DNA of 63,268 nt, the filler included, from Intoshia linei (taxonomy: Eukaryota > Animalia > Orthonectida): the NCBI GenBank assembly GCA_001642005.1. It is 10 parts of 10 records of this genome, joined end to end, with 100 filler letters (N's around TTAATTAATTAA, not from the genome) between each part and the next. Parts side by side here need not be neighbours in the genome. Positions count along the whole stretch, not along the records: positions 20,650 to 30,027 come from LWCA01001369.1; positions 30,128 to 32,769 come from LWCA01002258.1; positions 32,870 to 40,126 come from LWCA01001582.1; 7 more parts are not named here. One strand, given 5' to 3'. The notes under the pieces are model-generated. The model was not told where the DNA came from, did not search any database, and worked only from the letters and a program-made list of their open reading frames with translations. The position numbers and the translations under genes are program-made. The stretch's first letter is position 1, and each line of letters opens with the position of its first letter. Shown in pieces: positions 23,509 to 36,200 of the stretch.

Positions 23509-26088
23509 ATGGAATCGTACAGTAATATCGTTCGTGATTGATTTAAATTTAGAAACGTTTTGACGAATGATGATTTTCGTAAATTGTTACATAAAGCTGC
23601 GACCGAATCTACTGTTAAAAAGAAAAAACCTCGGTTTGATGGAGAAGGAAAGTCTAAAGGTAAAAAGAGAAAAAATTATACCAAAAATCCTCAAAAACCC
23701 AATAAGACGGCAAAAGTTGAAGTCAAAACGGCTGAAGACATGGAAGAGGAAGAAGAATTGTTTTATGACAAGAATAAAGACTATATGAAGGGCTACAGAG
23801 ATCGTGTATGTTTATATTGGATTTTTTATTCATTTTTGATTTAAAGGCACAAGAGCGACGAGATAATAAATTTGATGGTAACATGATGCCACAGAAACAT
23901 ATTTATGGAGCTGTTGCTCCAGAATTTGGGTTTTTATATTTTTATTTAAATAAAAATGGCGTTTTCGCATATAATGTAATACATTTGTTGCAAAACATGT
24001 CAATAAATTTTAAGATATTCACACAGTATTGTAGATTTCTTTTTTAAATGAATTGTCAATTCCACTTATTTTATCACATGTTAATGTGGAATGTCTGATT
24101 TCAACACCTGAATAATTTAATGTAGTATAAAGACATTGCAAGAACGACGTGATAAATTGATAGAAGAATCCAAGTACCTTGGAGGTGACATGGAACACAC
24201 TCATTTAGTAAAAGGGTTGGATTTTGCTTTGCTTGGAAAAGTCAAGACTGAAATAACTTCTAAAAAAATTCAAAAAGACAAAAATATTCAACAGGCGTTG
24301 AAAGATGCTTCTTTATTGGCGTAATTTATTATCTAACATGTTTTTACTTTTTATTTTTAGTAAAGATGATAAAATCTATTTTAATTCAAAAATGGGTAAT
24401 TTTTCAATTGATTGATTGAGTTAATGGAGAAGCATTAAAAATTTGAAAATATACTTTTTTTTTAAATTGTTATATTGAATTGTCATTGTACACACCTTAG
24501 TATGTTAATCCCTATTTTAACTAAACAATTCATTTTTTCAAATAATGTGTTTATTTTTTTAGCTAAAGACATTTACAATATTGCTGTCATAAAAAAGACT
24601 GCTACTCGAGCAGACCCTAAAAAATTCTTTGCTAATAATCGTGTTGCATATGTTATTGAAATGGACGAAAGTATTGAAATACCTACCACTGTTATTCGAA
24701 ATTTTGTACCCCTTACTGTTGAGGTAATTTATTAATAGTAATTTAAATTTTAAATTTTTTTCTATTTTATTGGGTGTTGTCATGCATAGGTTGAACTAGA
24801 CAAGTTTTGTCACTTTTTGGAATCAGCGACAGATGTTCACATTTTATAAATTTTAAATAGTTATGTGGACATCAAATTTATCTATTATAAAATTTAAATT
24901 TAATTAAAAAAACTAAATTTCTAATACATTTTTTCGAAATTTATGTTTTTTATGTCAAAAATCTGATTCTCAAAAATTGAGCCTTCATAATGAAAATTTT
25001 TAAATGAAAAAAATCCTAGAATTTTTACTTTTCTAAAAGTTTAAAATCACCTGAAATACAACTTTATTATCATTTTTATATTACAATGTTAAAATTCACC
25101 AGATATGTTTTTAAAGAGCTGAGGCTGTTAATTCGAGATATTCACAAGAGGAGAGATAAATAAACACCTCTAGAGAGAAAAGAGATATAATACTTTTTTA
25201 CCCTTGTAGACCTTTTTACTTATCGAAAACAATACTGAATATATACTATCACATTAACAAGAATACCAGTATTCTTCAATATTTCTTTATTGGAAATGTG
25301 TAAACACTCAATGCACAGTTTTTTTTAAATTGTATAATGAATATTTACATTTTCAATTTTTATCGAAATATTTAAAAAATATTGGTTGATAATATATTAA
25401 AAATTATTTTTCATCGGGAATGCGTAGATTCCTCGGGTTGAAGTTTTGTATTTATATCAAATGGAATAAACTCTATCAGAATAACTTTTTTTCAATTTTT
25501 GGACCATTTATTATTTCACATTTTTTGTTTAATATAATATTTTGAAAAAAATATATGAATATTAAAATGATTTTTTGACCGTCACTTATTCGGATTGAAA
25601 TTTTTTGTGTGTGTTAACAGGATACAAGTGGACAACAGGATACCACCTGTAAATTTTTTTAAATTATAGGGATGTTTTCATAAAAAATGATGTTTTGGTC
25701 TTAAAGATATATTTTTTTTGAATTTAAATTTTTGATAATGTTTATGATTTTAAAATCCGTATTAGTATATATTTTAATAAATTCTCGAACTCGTTTGATT
25801 TTCAAAAAAAAAGGATAATTTGGGTTTTTGATGTAAGTTTGGGAGGTTGAAATTCATTTTTCTAACACCCCCAGAAAAAACTAATTGAAATGTGGACTTT
25901 ATAAAATTCTAAGACTGGTAGTTATTGAAATATTATATAAGTAAGGATATCTAATAATTTAATTTAATATTGGCAGGATAAATTGTCGATGCAATCTACT
26001 AATGATATTGTTATCAATAAATTAATACAAATGCTTTCGACAATGCGCCAGAGTAAATTAAACAAAAAATTATCCAGAAAAGATAAAG
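23509..26088 (+). CDS. IK: Protein Red / IK spliceosomal factor (RED_N part; 3' exons not found)
   Basis: MES|NVLTNDDFRKLL, YRDRAQERR, LIEESKYLGGDMEHTHLVKGLDFALLGKVKTEI, EIPTTVIR, STNDIVINKLIQML..RKDK. Confidence 0.95.
25270..25700. repeat. Dispersed repeat; copies at ~45385-45720 (same strand) and 40227-40310 (inverted)
   Basis: Shared atatttctttattg...tattggttgataatatattaaaaattattttt...gaccgtca...cttattcggattgaaatttttt. Confidence 0.85.
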
Positions 26089-26349
26089 GTATGTATTTAT
26101 TTTTCATCATAAATCATATTATATTGGCGTGCCAGATTAAATATTATGTACCTGACGATATGTTGGTATTACTATTATTAAACACTAACATATACCTTGT
26201 TTTGATAGGGCGTATTTGTTTCTTTCCTGATATATCATACTAACATATTGAATCTTGTCTAAAATCTAAAAATTTTAGAAACTCTCTTGAACAGTTGTTT
26301 AATTAGACTCTAATTAGAGTTATTAAAAATAATCTACATATTCATTTAA

Positions 26350-26740
26350 TGGCCAATATCTCACTTTATGTAAGTTTTTTATCAGATTTTCAAAGAGAGG
26401 TTTTCAAAAAAACAGGAACATTCATAACCGATATATACCTCATCAAGATTTTTTAACCCATTCATTTTCAAAATCAACTGACATACATTATTCCATTCTA
26501 GTTTTATAATTTGGGACATTACTTGAACATACTTATTAAACTCCACCAAAAGTCGGCAATGATCTGCTTTCTCAGATTGAAACGTTCGGTTCATGGATTC
26601 GAATTCAAAAAGCTACGCAAAATTCACCTGATTGTATAAGCTTACAAGATTCTCACTAACTGACCAGTTGGATCGATTTAATATACATAAGTAAAAATAG
26701 TCCGTTTACCGTCTACATCCAGATACGTTGCTATTTTGAA
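26350..26740 (-). mobile_element. Degraded hAT-like transposase fragment
   Basis: NRTFQSEKADHCRL...LDEVYIGYEC, broken by stops. Confidence 0.45.
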
Positions 26741-26935
26741 TTATATTTAAATTTAATACATGATAAACTTTGCTTTATAGCAACAATTCAATTTGAATAA
26801 TTTTCTAACTTCATTAATAAGCGCTAATTATAGGTGTTTCATTAATGGAACATTGAGGTATAAAATAAATTTTTTTCTTAAAATACATAAATTTCATTAT
26901 TTATTATGATATTGTTTAAAACAATGTATGTGTAA

Positions 26936-29280
26936 TAGGGTGTCACACCCATCAAAGAATCAAGGGCAATTAGCACTACAAGTGTGTATTTTTAAAATAG
27001 AAAAACTAATTCGCAATCAAAAACATTTAACTCTATCTATTCGAGTTGCGTCTGTCATTTTAAATATCACTGTATAAATATTATGGAGAAATTAAAACTG
27101 AACTTTATTTTTACGGAAATTGGCGTGTGAGCCTTTAAACCTGGTATCGACTTTATAATATTGTTCTCCATGTTTAGTTATACAGTTTATTTTTTTTAAT
27201 TTGTTCCTACCTCAATTTTTTTGGATTTTATTAACAATTTAATTTCTCGAATTCTGGCTAAATAGCCAATTAAAATTGTTTAAATTTTATTCAATTGATA
27301 ATATGAATTCCAAAAAAATTAAGCTAGAAACAAAATTCAACTGTATTTACAGCGCAGGTATCCGAAATTATCATTTTTATGCTATCTGCAATATTGTATT
27401 ATTCAATTATATTTTTTATAGCCAAATATATCGTTTCTGCTTTACCATTTGGTAAATACACTACTGCAATGGGAATATTTGTTTTCAGTTTATCAGATTT
27501 GATGCATATAACCTGCATTTCCATACCATCTTCTCTCTTACCATTAGAATGGAGACTAATTTTTTAATTTTCCAAGTAGTTTTTAATATAAATGCATGAA
27601 TGCTTCATTTGCCTTGATGCTGTCCTTCAAATTGACACACGGCTTGGAATTTCAGGAGTCACCTCAATCACAACTAAGGCAGCCTTTCTAGAAGATGAAT
27701 GGACCTTTTTATAAATTGTAACACCTGACTTTGTGGATGAATACAATATTTTTGAGTTTTCACATATATAACTTGAAGTATTGTTTTCGTCTGATATATG
27801 ATTTGATGAATAATGCTCAATAATATTACTAAAATTATTATTGTTGATGGATGAGTAGGAGGTAATTCTTCTGTAAGTTGAGTGCAATACCCTGTATTAT
27901 TATTGATCTGAAGTTTATACCATTCTTCCTTGGTTTTGTGGTTAATATATGAATAATCCTTTACGTCAAATTCTGGTTAAGTTGGGAATACTCAACAATT
28001 AATTTGGTTAATTTCCTTTTAATGCTGTTTAGACGAATAGGTTATATATTAAATTTTTGAAGATATAACAAGTGTATTTCTTCGACTATCATACATATAG
28101 TATTATATTTGGAACGTTCAATATCTTCCGATAACAGATCTTACATTAGGAACATAGGTCTGCAATTTAAGATTTGATACGCGAGGGAAATTTATATTTC
28201 TGGATACCCTGAATCGTAGATTTCGCATTTTTTCTTTTCTGTTTTCATTATTAATCAGAGAAATTTTGTGCATAATATCGTTTAAAATTAAATTAAGTGA
28301 GTTGTTTATGTTAAATTAATAATAATGAAACAACAATAATCGATGTCTGATTGATGTCTAACTAACAGGATTTAGGTAAATAGGATTACATAGTTTAATG
28401 TAATTAATATCAATCAGAATCAAATTATTCATTTCCGGTTTAATTATTAATAATTCACAAATATTTTATGTATGATATTTTATAACCACATAATACCGTT
28501 AACAATATTACATTGATTAAGTTGAATAATAAATTGATATTTATGAAAACTGTTTCCGTCGAGTAGTCTGATGTAATTAAAAATTTAAAAAAAGGAATGA
28601 TACTATGATGCTTAGAATTTTATTTCTCATCTTGTAGTATTAGATTTTAGTATTGTAGTACCCTTGATTTTTTGTTTTAGAAAAATATTAGCATCTTAGT
28701 AAGAGTATTATATACTCATATCACCTATTTAATTATAGAAAAGTTGAATAAGGTTTAATTAATATTTTTAAATGTAGAATAACATTTAAATTAATTAACT
28801 TACATTGTGAAATTTTTTTTCATCAAAATAAATGTCATTCATTTTTTTTACTTTATCTTAAGTATTAAGTCTGATTTTCTTTGATGACTTAAACTTCTGC
28901 GCATAGTCTCATGCGATACGTTCATCAATGAAGACGATGCAATTTATTTGTTAAATTATCACTATCATAATTTGAAGAATTTGTTTCTTCACTAAATGAA
29001 TATATAAATTCAGCTTTTGCCTAATTTCCATTTTTTCAATTCTTCTTAATTTGAATTTATTTTAAGACTGTAATTGAGATTTTCTTTTTACAGCGAAATA
29101 TGGATGAGAAATTGTTGAAGGACTTGCCTTGCTACCAATACAATTTTTTGGGGATTCTAAGAATGTAATATCTTTTTTCAGGCTTTTTGATTGGTCCAAT
29201 TTAGTACAATCAAACAAACTATTTATTTTAGTTTTAAATGTTGTTGATCGTAATGTTCCAGGACGTTTTGACACCAAAAA
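26936..29280 (-). mobile_element. hATm transposon remnant; related termini at 50845-50890 and 56280-56402
   Basis: TAGGGTGTCAC terminus at 26936; minus-strand NGKREDGMEMQV...LPNGKAETIY.AI..II...IKMIISDTCAVNT; AALV...PSRVSI; LFDCTKLDQ..DITFL (29062-29277). Confidence 0.75.
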
Positions 29281-29834
29281 TTGTGGTTAATATATGCAAT
29301 AATATGAAATACAATGTATTACAATTCTATGTCTTAATAAAGATGTATAAAAAGTGTATTATTTGTTTTGTTTTGTTTAATTATTTTTAATTGTATCATG
29401 AAGAGTATGAATGACCATTTGTCCGTTCATATTAATTGTAATATTTTTACAGTCAAATAATATTACAGATTTTTTTATGATACGTCGACAACTCTGCGTG
29501 AAACACCTAATATATCAAATTACTATTAACCTGGGCAAGTTGCCTCTCCGTTTGCTTCAACCGTTATGGAACATCATCCTTAAATTTTGCACACTACATA
29601 TCATTATTATCCCAAGTTTTACAATTTGAAGCTAAAGTGTAATATTTAATTGAATCCACTAATTAAATCGTATTATAACGGAAAATTTGATTTATCTAAT
29701 TATCTGAGAATTTAATCGACGAAACATTAGTATTAGAAAGTGGTATTTTTAAAACGTTACGCCTTTACATTCCTAAAAAACTGGAACAAATAAATAAAAA
29801 GTTATACATTTATAGCAATAATCCTAACTTATAT

Positions 29835-30027
29835 TGGGTTGGCAACTAAGTTCTTGCCATTTTATAATTATGCAATAGTTACTGGCGATCAAAAATGGTG
29901 CCTGTATATCAATATGAAGCAGCGCAAGGAATGGTTGTGCCAAACCAGGCGAATATGGCAGCACCTCCCAGCCGTGTCTTTGAATAGCTTCTTTGGTCAT
30001 ATTTGCGATATGAGGGCGGGCGTTGTC
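29835..30027 (+). mobile_element. mariner (DD34D) deleted copy, truncated by a gap
   Basis: TA-TTGGGTTGGCAACTAAGT terminus followed almost directly by IVTGDQKWCLYINMKQRKEW. Confidence 0.8.
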
Positions 30028-30127
30028 NNNNNNNNNNNNNNNNNNNNNNNNNNNNNNNNNNNNNNNNNNNNTTAATTAATTAANNNNNNNNNNNNNNNNN
30101 NNNNNNNNNNNNNNNNNNNNNNNNNNN

Positions 30128-30233
30128 TTTTTTAACAATTGAGAGGTAAGATTGGGTGCAAATTGAATATTTTCAAAATGTCATATGGTGGAAGGGTGCA
30201 CTTTTTATATATAAAAATTCGTTCACACCCCTA
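30128..30233. repeat. TAGGGGTGTGAA-terminated transposon end; inverted near-identical copy at 49200-49305
   Basis: About 105 bp reverse-complement match; both copies abut assembly gaps. Confidence 0.8.
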
Positions 30234-30256
30234 ATATAGAATCTATATTATAGATA

Positions 30257-33200
30257 TTATTTACTTACTCTAGTATTTATAATTGGTAAAAGAAAAATTA
30301 TAATTACATTAAAATTAAAAGAACTACGGTTTTCATTTGATGTATGGCTAACAGAATCCATGAAATCTGAAATGGTAGGATTCTTTAGAAAAATTTCATT
30401 TTCGAGTGAACCATTTGTCTTACTATCAATGGGTATTTTATCAATTAAATCATTTGTATTGACGGTGTCAATTTTAAAATAAACAGTTCTATCTACATAA
30501 AATAAAATTAAATACATTTAACACTTATTATGTTAAAATAGTAGTAAAGAGACAATGAAACTGTTCTCTAGCACAGAGTTTCTTAATCAGGACTAGAATT
30601 CATTTCAGGGTGCTAGAAAAATTATTTATTTTGACTAAAAAATTAAATTAATTATATTTTGTCAAATTAAAATATATTTTTTCAAGGATGTCGGAAATAA
30701 TTGATCTGGCTAACGGCGGTGATAAATTTAAAAAATGTTAAGAAACCTGATCTAGCCATTCAAATCAAATATAATATGCAGAATCTAATCAATACCTTAA
30801 AAAACTTCACTGTAATGGTTCTCATCTTTTACGATTTACTTTAAATTATTTATAATAAATTAAAAATACTTTGATATATTCAAAATTATAATTAAGAAAA
30901 AATTGGTTTTTGTGACTAAACATAGACATTTTTTGTAGTTTGTTAGCATTTGTATTGGAATTTTTGTGGAAATTCTCTGCATAAATCATACCATAATAAA
31001 TTTTTTTCAGTATAGTATGAGATTTTAATTTTATAAGATCCAAGTATATTTTAAATGCCATTAAATCGCCATTTTTAACAAAATTTCTGTTTTTCGCGTA
31101 TTTATGCCATTTAGCAATAAAGACTAAAAATAAATTAAAAAATTAGACAAATGTATAAAAGTTACATGTGTATTCATTCATTTTTTTACATTCGTACAAG
31201 TCTAATATAAATAAATATAAATAACGATACAATTATAAATAATATTCCAGGAACCATTTGTTATGTCGGTCACATTGTTTGAGTTACAGTTAAATATATT
31301 TAAAATGTATTGTTTAGTTCAGGGGTCGGGAACCAGTGGCCCACAAAATAATTTTGGTGGTCCTTTGAATAAATATGTAAATTATTTATTTTTAATTTTT
31401 TCAACTTTTAAAGACCGTTTTAAACAATTTTTATTATAATTGGCTCATTATAATCATTTTAATTATGAATTTTCAGATCGCCCTTGATATTATTTTGTTG
31501 AATATATACTAGAACCGTTTTTCGTCAGTAAAAATTGAAATGTATCATGTGTAAATTTTGAAAAACGGGGCCGTAGAATTAAACTTTAGTTGGTAAACAA
31601 ATTCATTTTTTGATGTTACCAGTAGTAGGGTTGATAAGTTGAGTTAATTTATTTGTGAAATGTTACAAAAAATAAATAAATACAAGATTTTTCAAAGATA
31701 ATATCAATCTTCAATAATATACTAGTCGTAATAATTTCCTGTAAGACACTATTATGCTTCTTATATTTACGCAGAGATTATTATTTTACACTTCAAAAAG
31801 TCTACTGTTTGGCTATATTTCTCTAAAGATAACAAAAACAAAGTCATATGTATGACGTGTCCCAAATATGGTATAGTGAATATATTAAAACAATAATCGT
31901 CACTAATGATTGTAAGGTTTATAAAACTTTATAGTAGCATTCACAAAGCTCTCAGTGTTATAGGGCGTAAGTGTAATGAATTTTATGAATCATATTAATG
32001 AAAATTATTCAATTCAATTTGGTACACTTTTTTAAAGAGATTTAAATTGAAATTACTTGTTAGGGATGGTGCAAAACTTGATTTGAAATACATGGTGTAC
32101 AATAGGGAACAAGTGTACAATGTACACTAGGGCTATTCCAATTTGTACTTTTTTTGAACTTTAAAAGACATGTATAGATAATAATCTCCATATAATTTGC
32201 TGCATGATATGATTTTTTTTTATTTTCGTTACAAAAACCCCGCGCCTTTACCAGTGGCGACTCTCCACCTTGTGCCACTCATGCTCAGCATGAGTAGACA
32301 TTTTAAGAGTTGATAAATTTAATAATTTCACAATATTTTTAATTTTAATATTTTTTAATTATAATGAGAAAATATTATTCAGTGATTTGGCTTTAAAATA
32401 CTGATAAACAATCAATAAAAAGCATAACGTAATAATTTATTACTAATAAATGTATAAAATAATAGTTATAATTAAATGTATATTTCATAAACATTATAGA
32501 ATTTGTGACAATTTTCTACACACCAGCAATGCACAGAATTGCTTGACGATAATAAAACTTAACCTAAGGCTTAAGTTAAGTAAAAGTAAATAAATAAAAA
32601 GTTCAGATTATTATTTTGTTATACTTTATGATAAAGTTTATCATATGAATTTCTATAAGAAATTTTCTACTTGTTTCTATTCAAAATGGCAAGAGTAAAT
32701 AAATAAAAAGTTCTCATTATTATTTGTCTGGAATTTATATATGAAATACAACGAATAAATGTCGTTTTTNNNNNNNNNNNNNNNNNNNNNNNNNNNNNNN
32801 NNNNNNNNNNNNNTTAATTAATTAANNNNNNNNNNNNNNNNNNNNNNNNNNNNNNNNNNNNNNNNNNNNTACAATTAAAAATCGGATTTTTCAAAGTGTT
32901 GTTATAATTTATGGACACTCGTGGTTTTGTATTTTTAATGTTTTTTTTTTAATATGAAAACCTTACATTGTGCATGTCCAACATGCCAATTTTCATAAAT
33001 TTTAATCTACAAATATAATTGTTATTAACAAAATGATAGTTTTGTTATAATTATTGGACGGAGTGTAGTAATTTATTTATGTACTCCACTCGTTTTGCGA
33101 TATTTACATCAGTTTTGATGTTTATTGACATTGGTCTAATCAATTTAACAGTGATTAGTTCGCAATCTAGCTAATTTTTTACGTAATTTAATTTGGTAAT

Positions 33201-36200
33201 ATCAGTTATTGGGATTGCTTCAGGCCATGAAGTAAAATCAATTTCATGAAATGATAGAAATATTTAACAATTCCTATCATAGTACTTTTAAAATTACTAT
33301 TTACTGTATTAAACATTGATTTGGGTCAAAACTCTGCTGTAATCACGTTCAGTTATGATCGGTCTTGTTATCTGTTCCATATTATTGTTATTATTAATAG
33401 GCCCGTAAGCAGCTATTTTTGTAACGATTTTTGAACATTCATATTTTGAAAATAACAAAATCTATACATTTACGCATCAGACACACCACATTCCTTGGAA
33501 TTGGTGGGTGAATTACTATTTATTTCAATGTTGAACTCTGAGAACTGCCGATTTAGGACATTCAATTCATATTCGGATACTTTGAAGAACAATTTGGTGT
33601 TTATGTTAAAGTGTCGTTTTGAATATATAGAAAACTATATCTATGTTATTTAATTCATTATCGTGTATGTTTAATGTTGGCTCATCATCGAATAGATAAT
33701 TTTGACCAAAACAATCTTTGCCAGCGGTTATTATTTCAAGTCGTGTCGGGAAACTTCTAAATTGATTTGCTCCCACACATTTAATTAGAAAGAAAAACTC
33801 TTTTTTGAAAGTTTGCATTTTAGTCGATTGAACGATATATCCTATTCCTGACGGTGAACTACTAGAAGTATATTCACCACCACTATTGCGAAGTTGTTCA
33901 AAGATTTTGGAAAAAGTTTTTTTGTTTTCATAATTTTCGGATTCACGAGATTGGTATTTACACCAGTGTTGGGACCCATTTTCAATTTCAAATTAGCGTT
34001 TTGTTTGGATATTAAAAAAACGCTACCTTCACATGATCATAGTATTTCATATGCCAACTTAATTACCATATTTGTTTTAGTTATACACCCTTTAATAGTG
34101 TTTCCCCTAAATATATTTATTTCTACTACATAATATTTATATTACACAATATTCTTAAACGCCTTTTCTAGTCTTATTTTTACATCAGACAGTTTAGTGT
34201 TAAGATCATACATTCTACCTACAGTACCTTTCAGATTGGCCCAAACCAATTCTATTGGCTGAAAGTTTGAATAATAAGGTGGTGAAAATATTATCCTATG
34301 TATTTTATTTTTCGCCATTTCGCACACGACAGGGCCTACATTTCTCTTTATATGCGTTTCTACTTTAGACCATATCATTGTTTTCAGGTCTGATTCATTA
34401 GAATCGATGTTTTTTTCATTGCAATACTGTAGTAATATTTGTTTTTTGTCACATTTTTTTGGCGTTAGAGGGGTAAACATTTATGATATTTTGCATTATC
34501 CATCATAATTATTGTGTCGTGAATGTTTCTTTTGTCTTAAAACGATGAATAACTTTTTCATCCATCCTTCAAAATAAGAAGCAGTAAACATTCCGTGAGT
34601 CCTTATTTTTATTTTCAGAAAGGACTATTACATTAAACGGAAGTAATTTTTAATGCCATCTACACATATTTTATTTCTTCTTCTTTCAATGCATTAATTT
34701 TATATCTAGGATCCAAAAATGTTGCAGAAATATATAAATCACCTGTTATGTATTTAAACAATCGAGACTGAATCGCAATTTGACATTTATGTTTAAATTC
34801 ATCAATTTTATCATATGCATTGGAAGCATTTTTTAAATATACAACAAGAGGAATAATGTCAGAAATGCTTATGTCCATTTTTTGTGTTAATTTAGTCACA
34901 ATTTGAAAAGGTTTCAATATTTTGATTAATAACTGTAGTTTAAACTTTTCTGTTTGAGTAAAATCATTTGATATACCTTCAAAGTAATTGTTTTCGACTA
35001 GACGCTCCAACATAACAGGCCACTTAACCAACCAGTATCACATCTCATTACTGGGCAGTTAAATGATGTTCATAAATTTTTTCCATTTTAATGCAGGATT
35101 TACTTATTTGGAGACAACGATTAAAATCCCTCCTATTTTTTTTTCTTCCTTTATAATATCATTTACAGTAAGTTGTAGTAGTTATAGTATGCGAAAAGCA
35201 CCTTACAAAGTGAGCATTTTTAGTGTTTATTATATATTCAATTTCAGTTAGAACTTTAAAGTTTAAAGTTATAATATTTTTAATAAACTGAGACATTATA
35301 AAATAAAAACTTTAAACATCTAAACTTGAGTTTTTTTTGGATAAAAATTAAAAATATTGATATCATTCTGTAGCAAATTAAGTATCCTCATTTTCTATAT
35401 ATGTCATTTTTATATTAGAATAATGTAATAGACCTATTCTTTACTTATAATTTTATTAAAAACATAATTTAGATTCTCAAACATCAAAAACTGGTGATAT
35501 GAATATTTTTAATAAAATATGGACCTAACTATTGTTATAGTTGTATTTAATGATTGTATATAGTTGATAAAATAAACATTTGACTATTGAAATTGATCTT
35601 TGTTATCAACTGATTTTCTAAAAGAATTGATTATTGGTTTAAAAATATTACCTGAATTTCTAATTTAAATATTAAATCTGCAATTTTCTTATTTAATGAA
35701 TTTTTTTCGTCGTCAGTAATAATGGGTCTTTTATAATATTTGTAAACATTGTCTATTAAAATATCGCCTGGAAAAGAATTATATATTTCTAAACGTAATA
35801 TATAAAAATTTAATTTAAAATAAACCTTTATCAACTGGAATTGGGCATAATTGAGGTTTAATTTCATATTTTACACGTGCATGCTAGAGATAATATTAAA
35901 TACAATTTAATGTGCCATTTTTCTAAAATCGTAGCAGAGAAATACTTGAGAGGTAATTGTTAAAAAGACAAGTTACATGTTTATAATTATATGAATACAA
36001 TTCTACCATAAATAAATCTTACTTTTTTTAAAACTGTGGGGTTTGCTATTATGTAGTTTAAATCGCGACATTTACATTTTTTGGAAAGATTAATTTTCAT
36101 CAATTCAAAACTATGATCTTGATTTTTATGTTTTTGAATCAGTCTTTTATTGAGAATGGAACCTTGTAAACTATTTTTTTTGATGAATGATAACTAAAAT

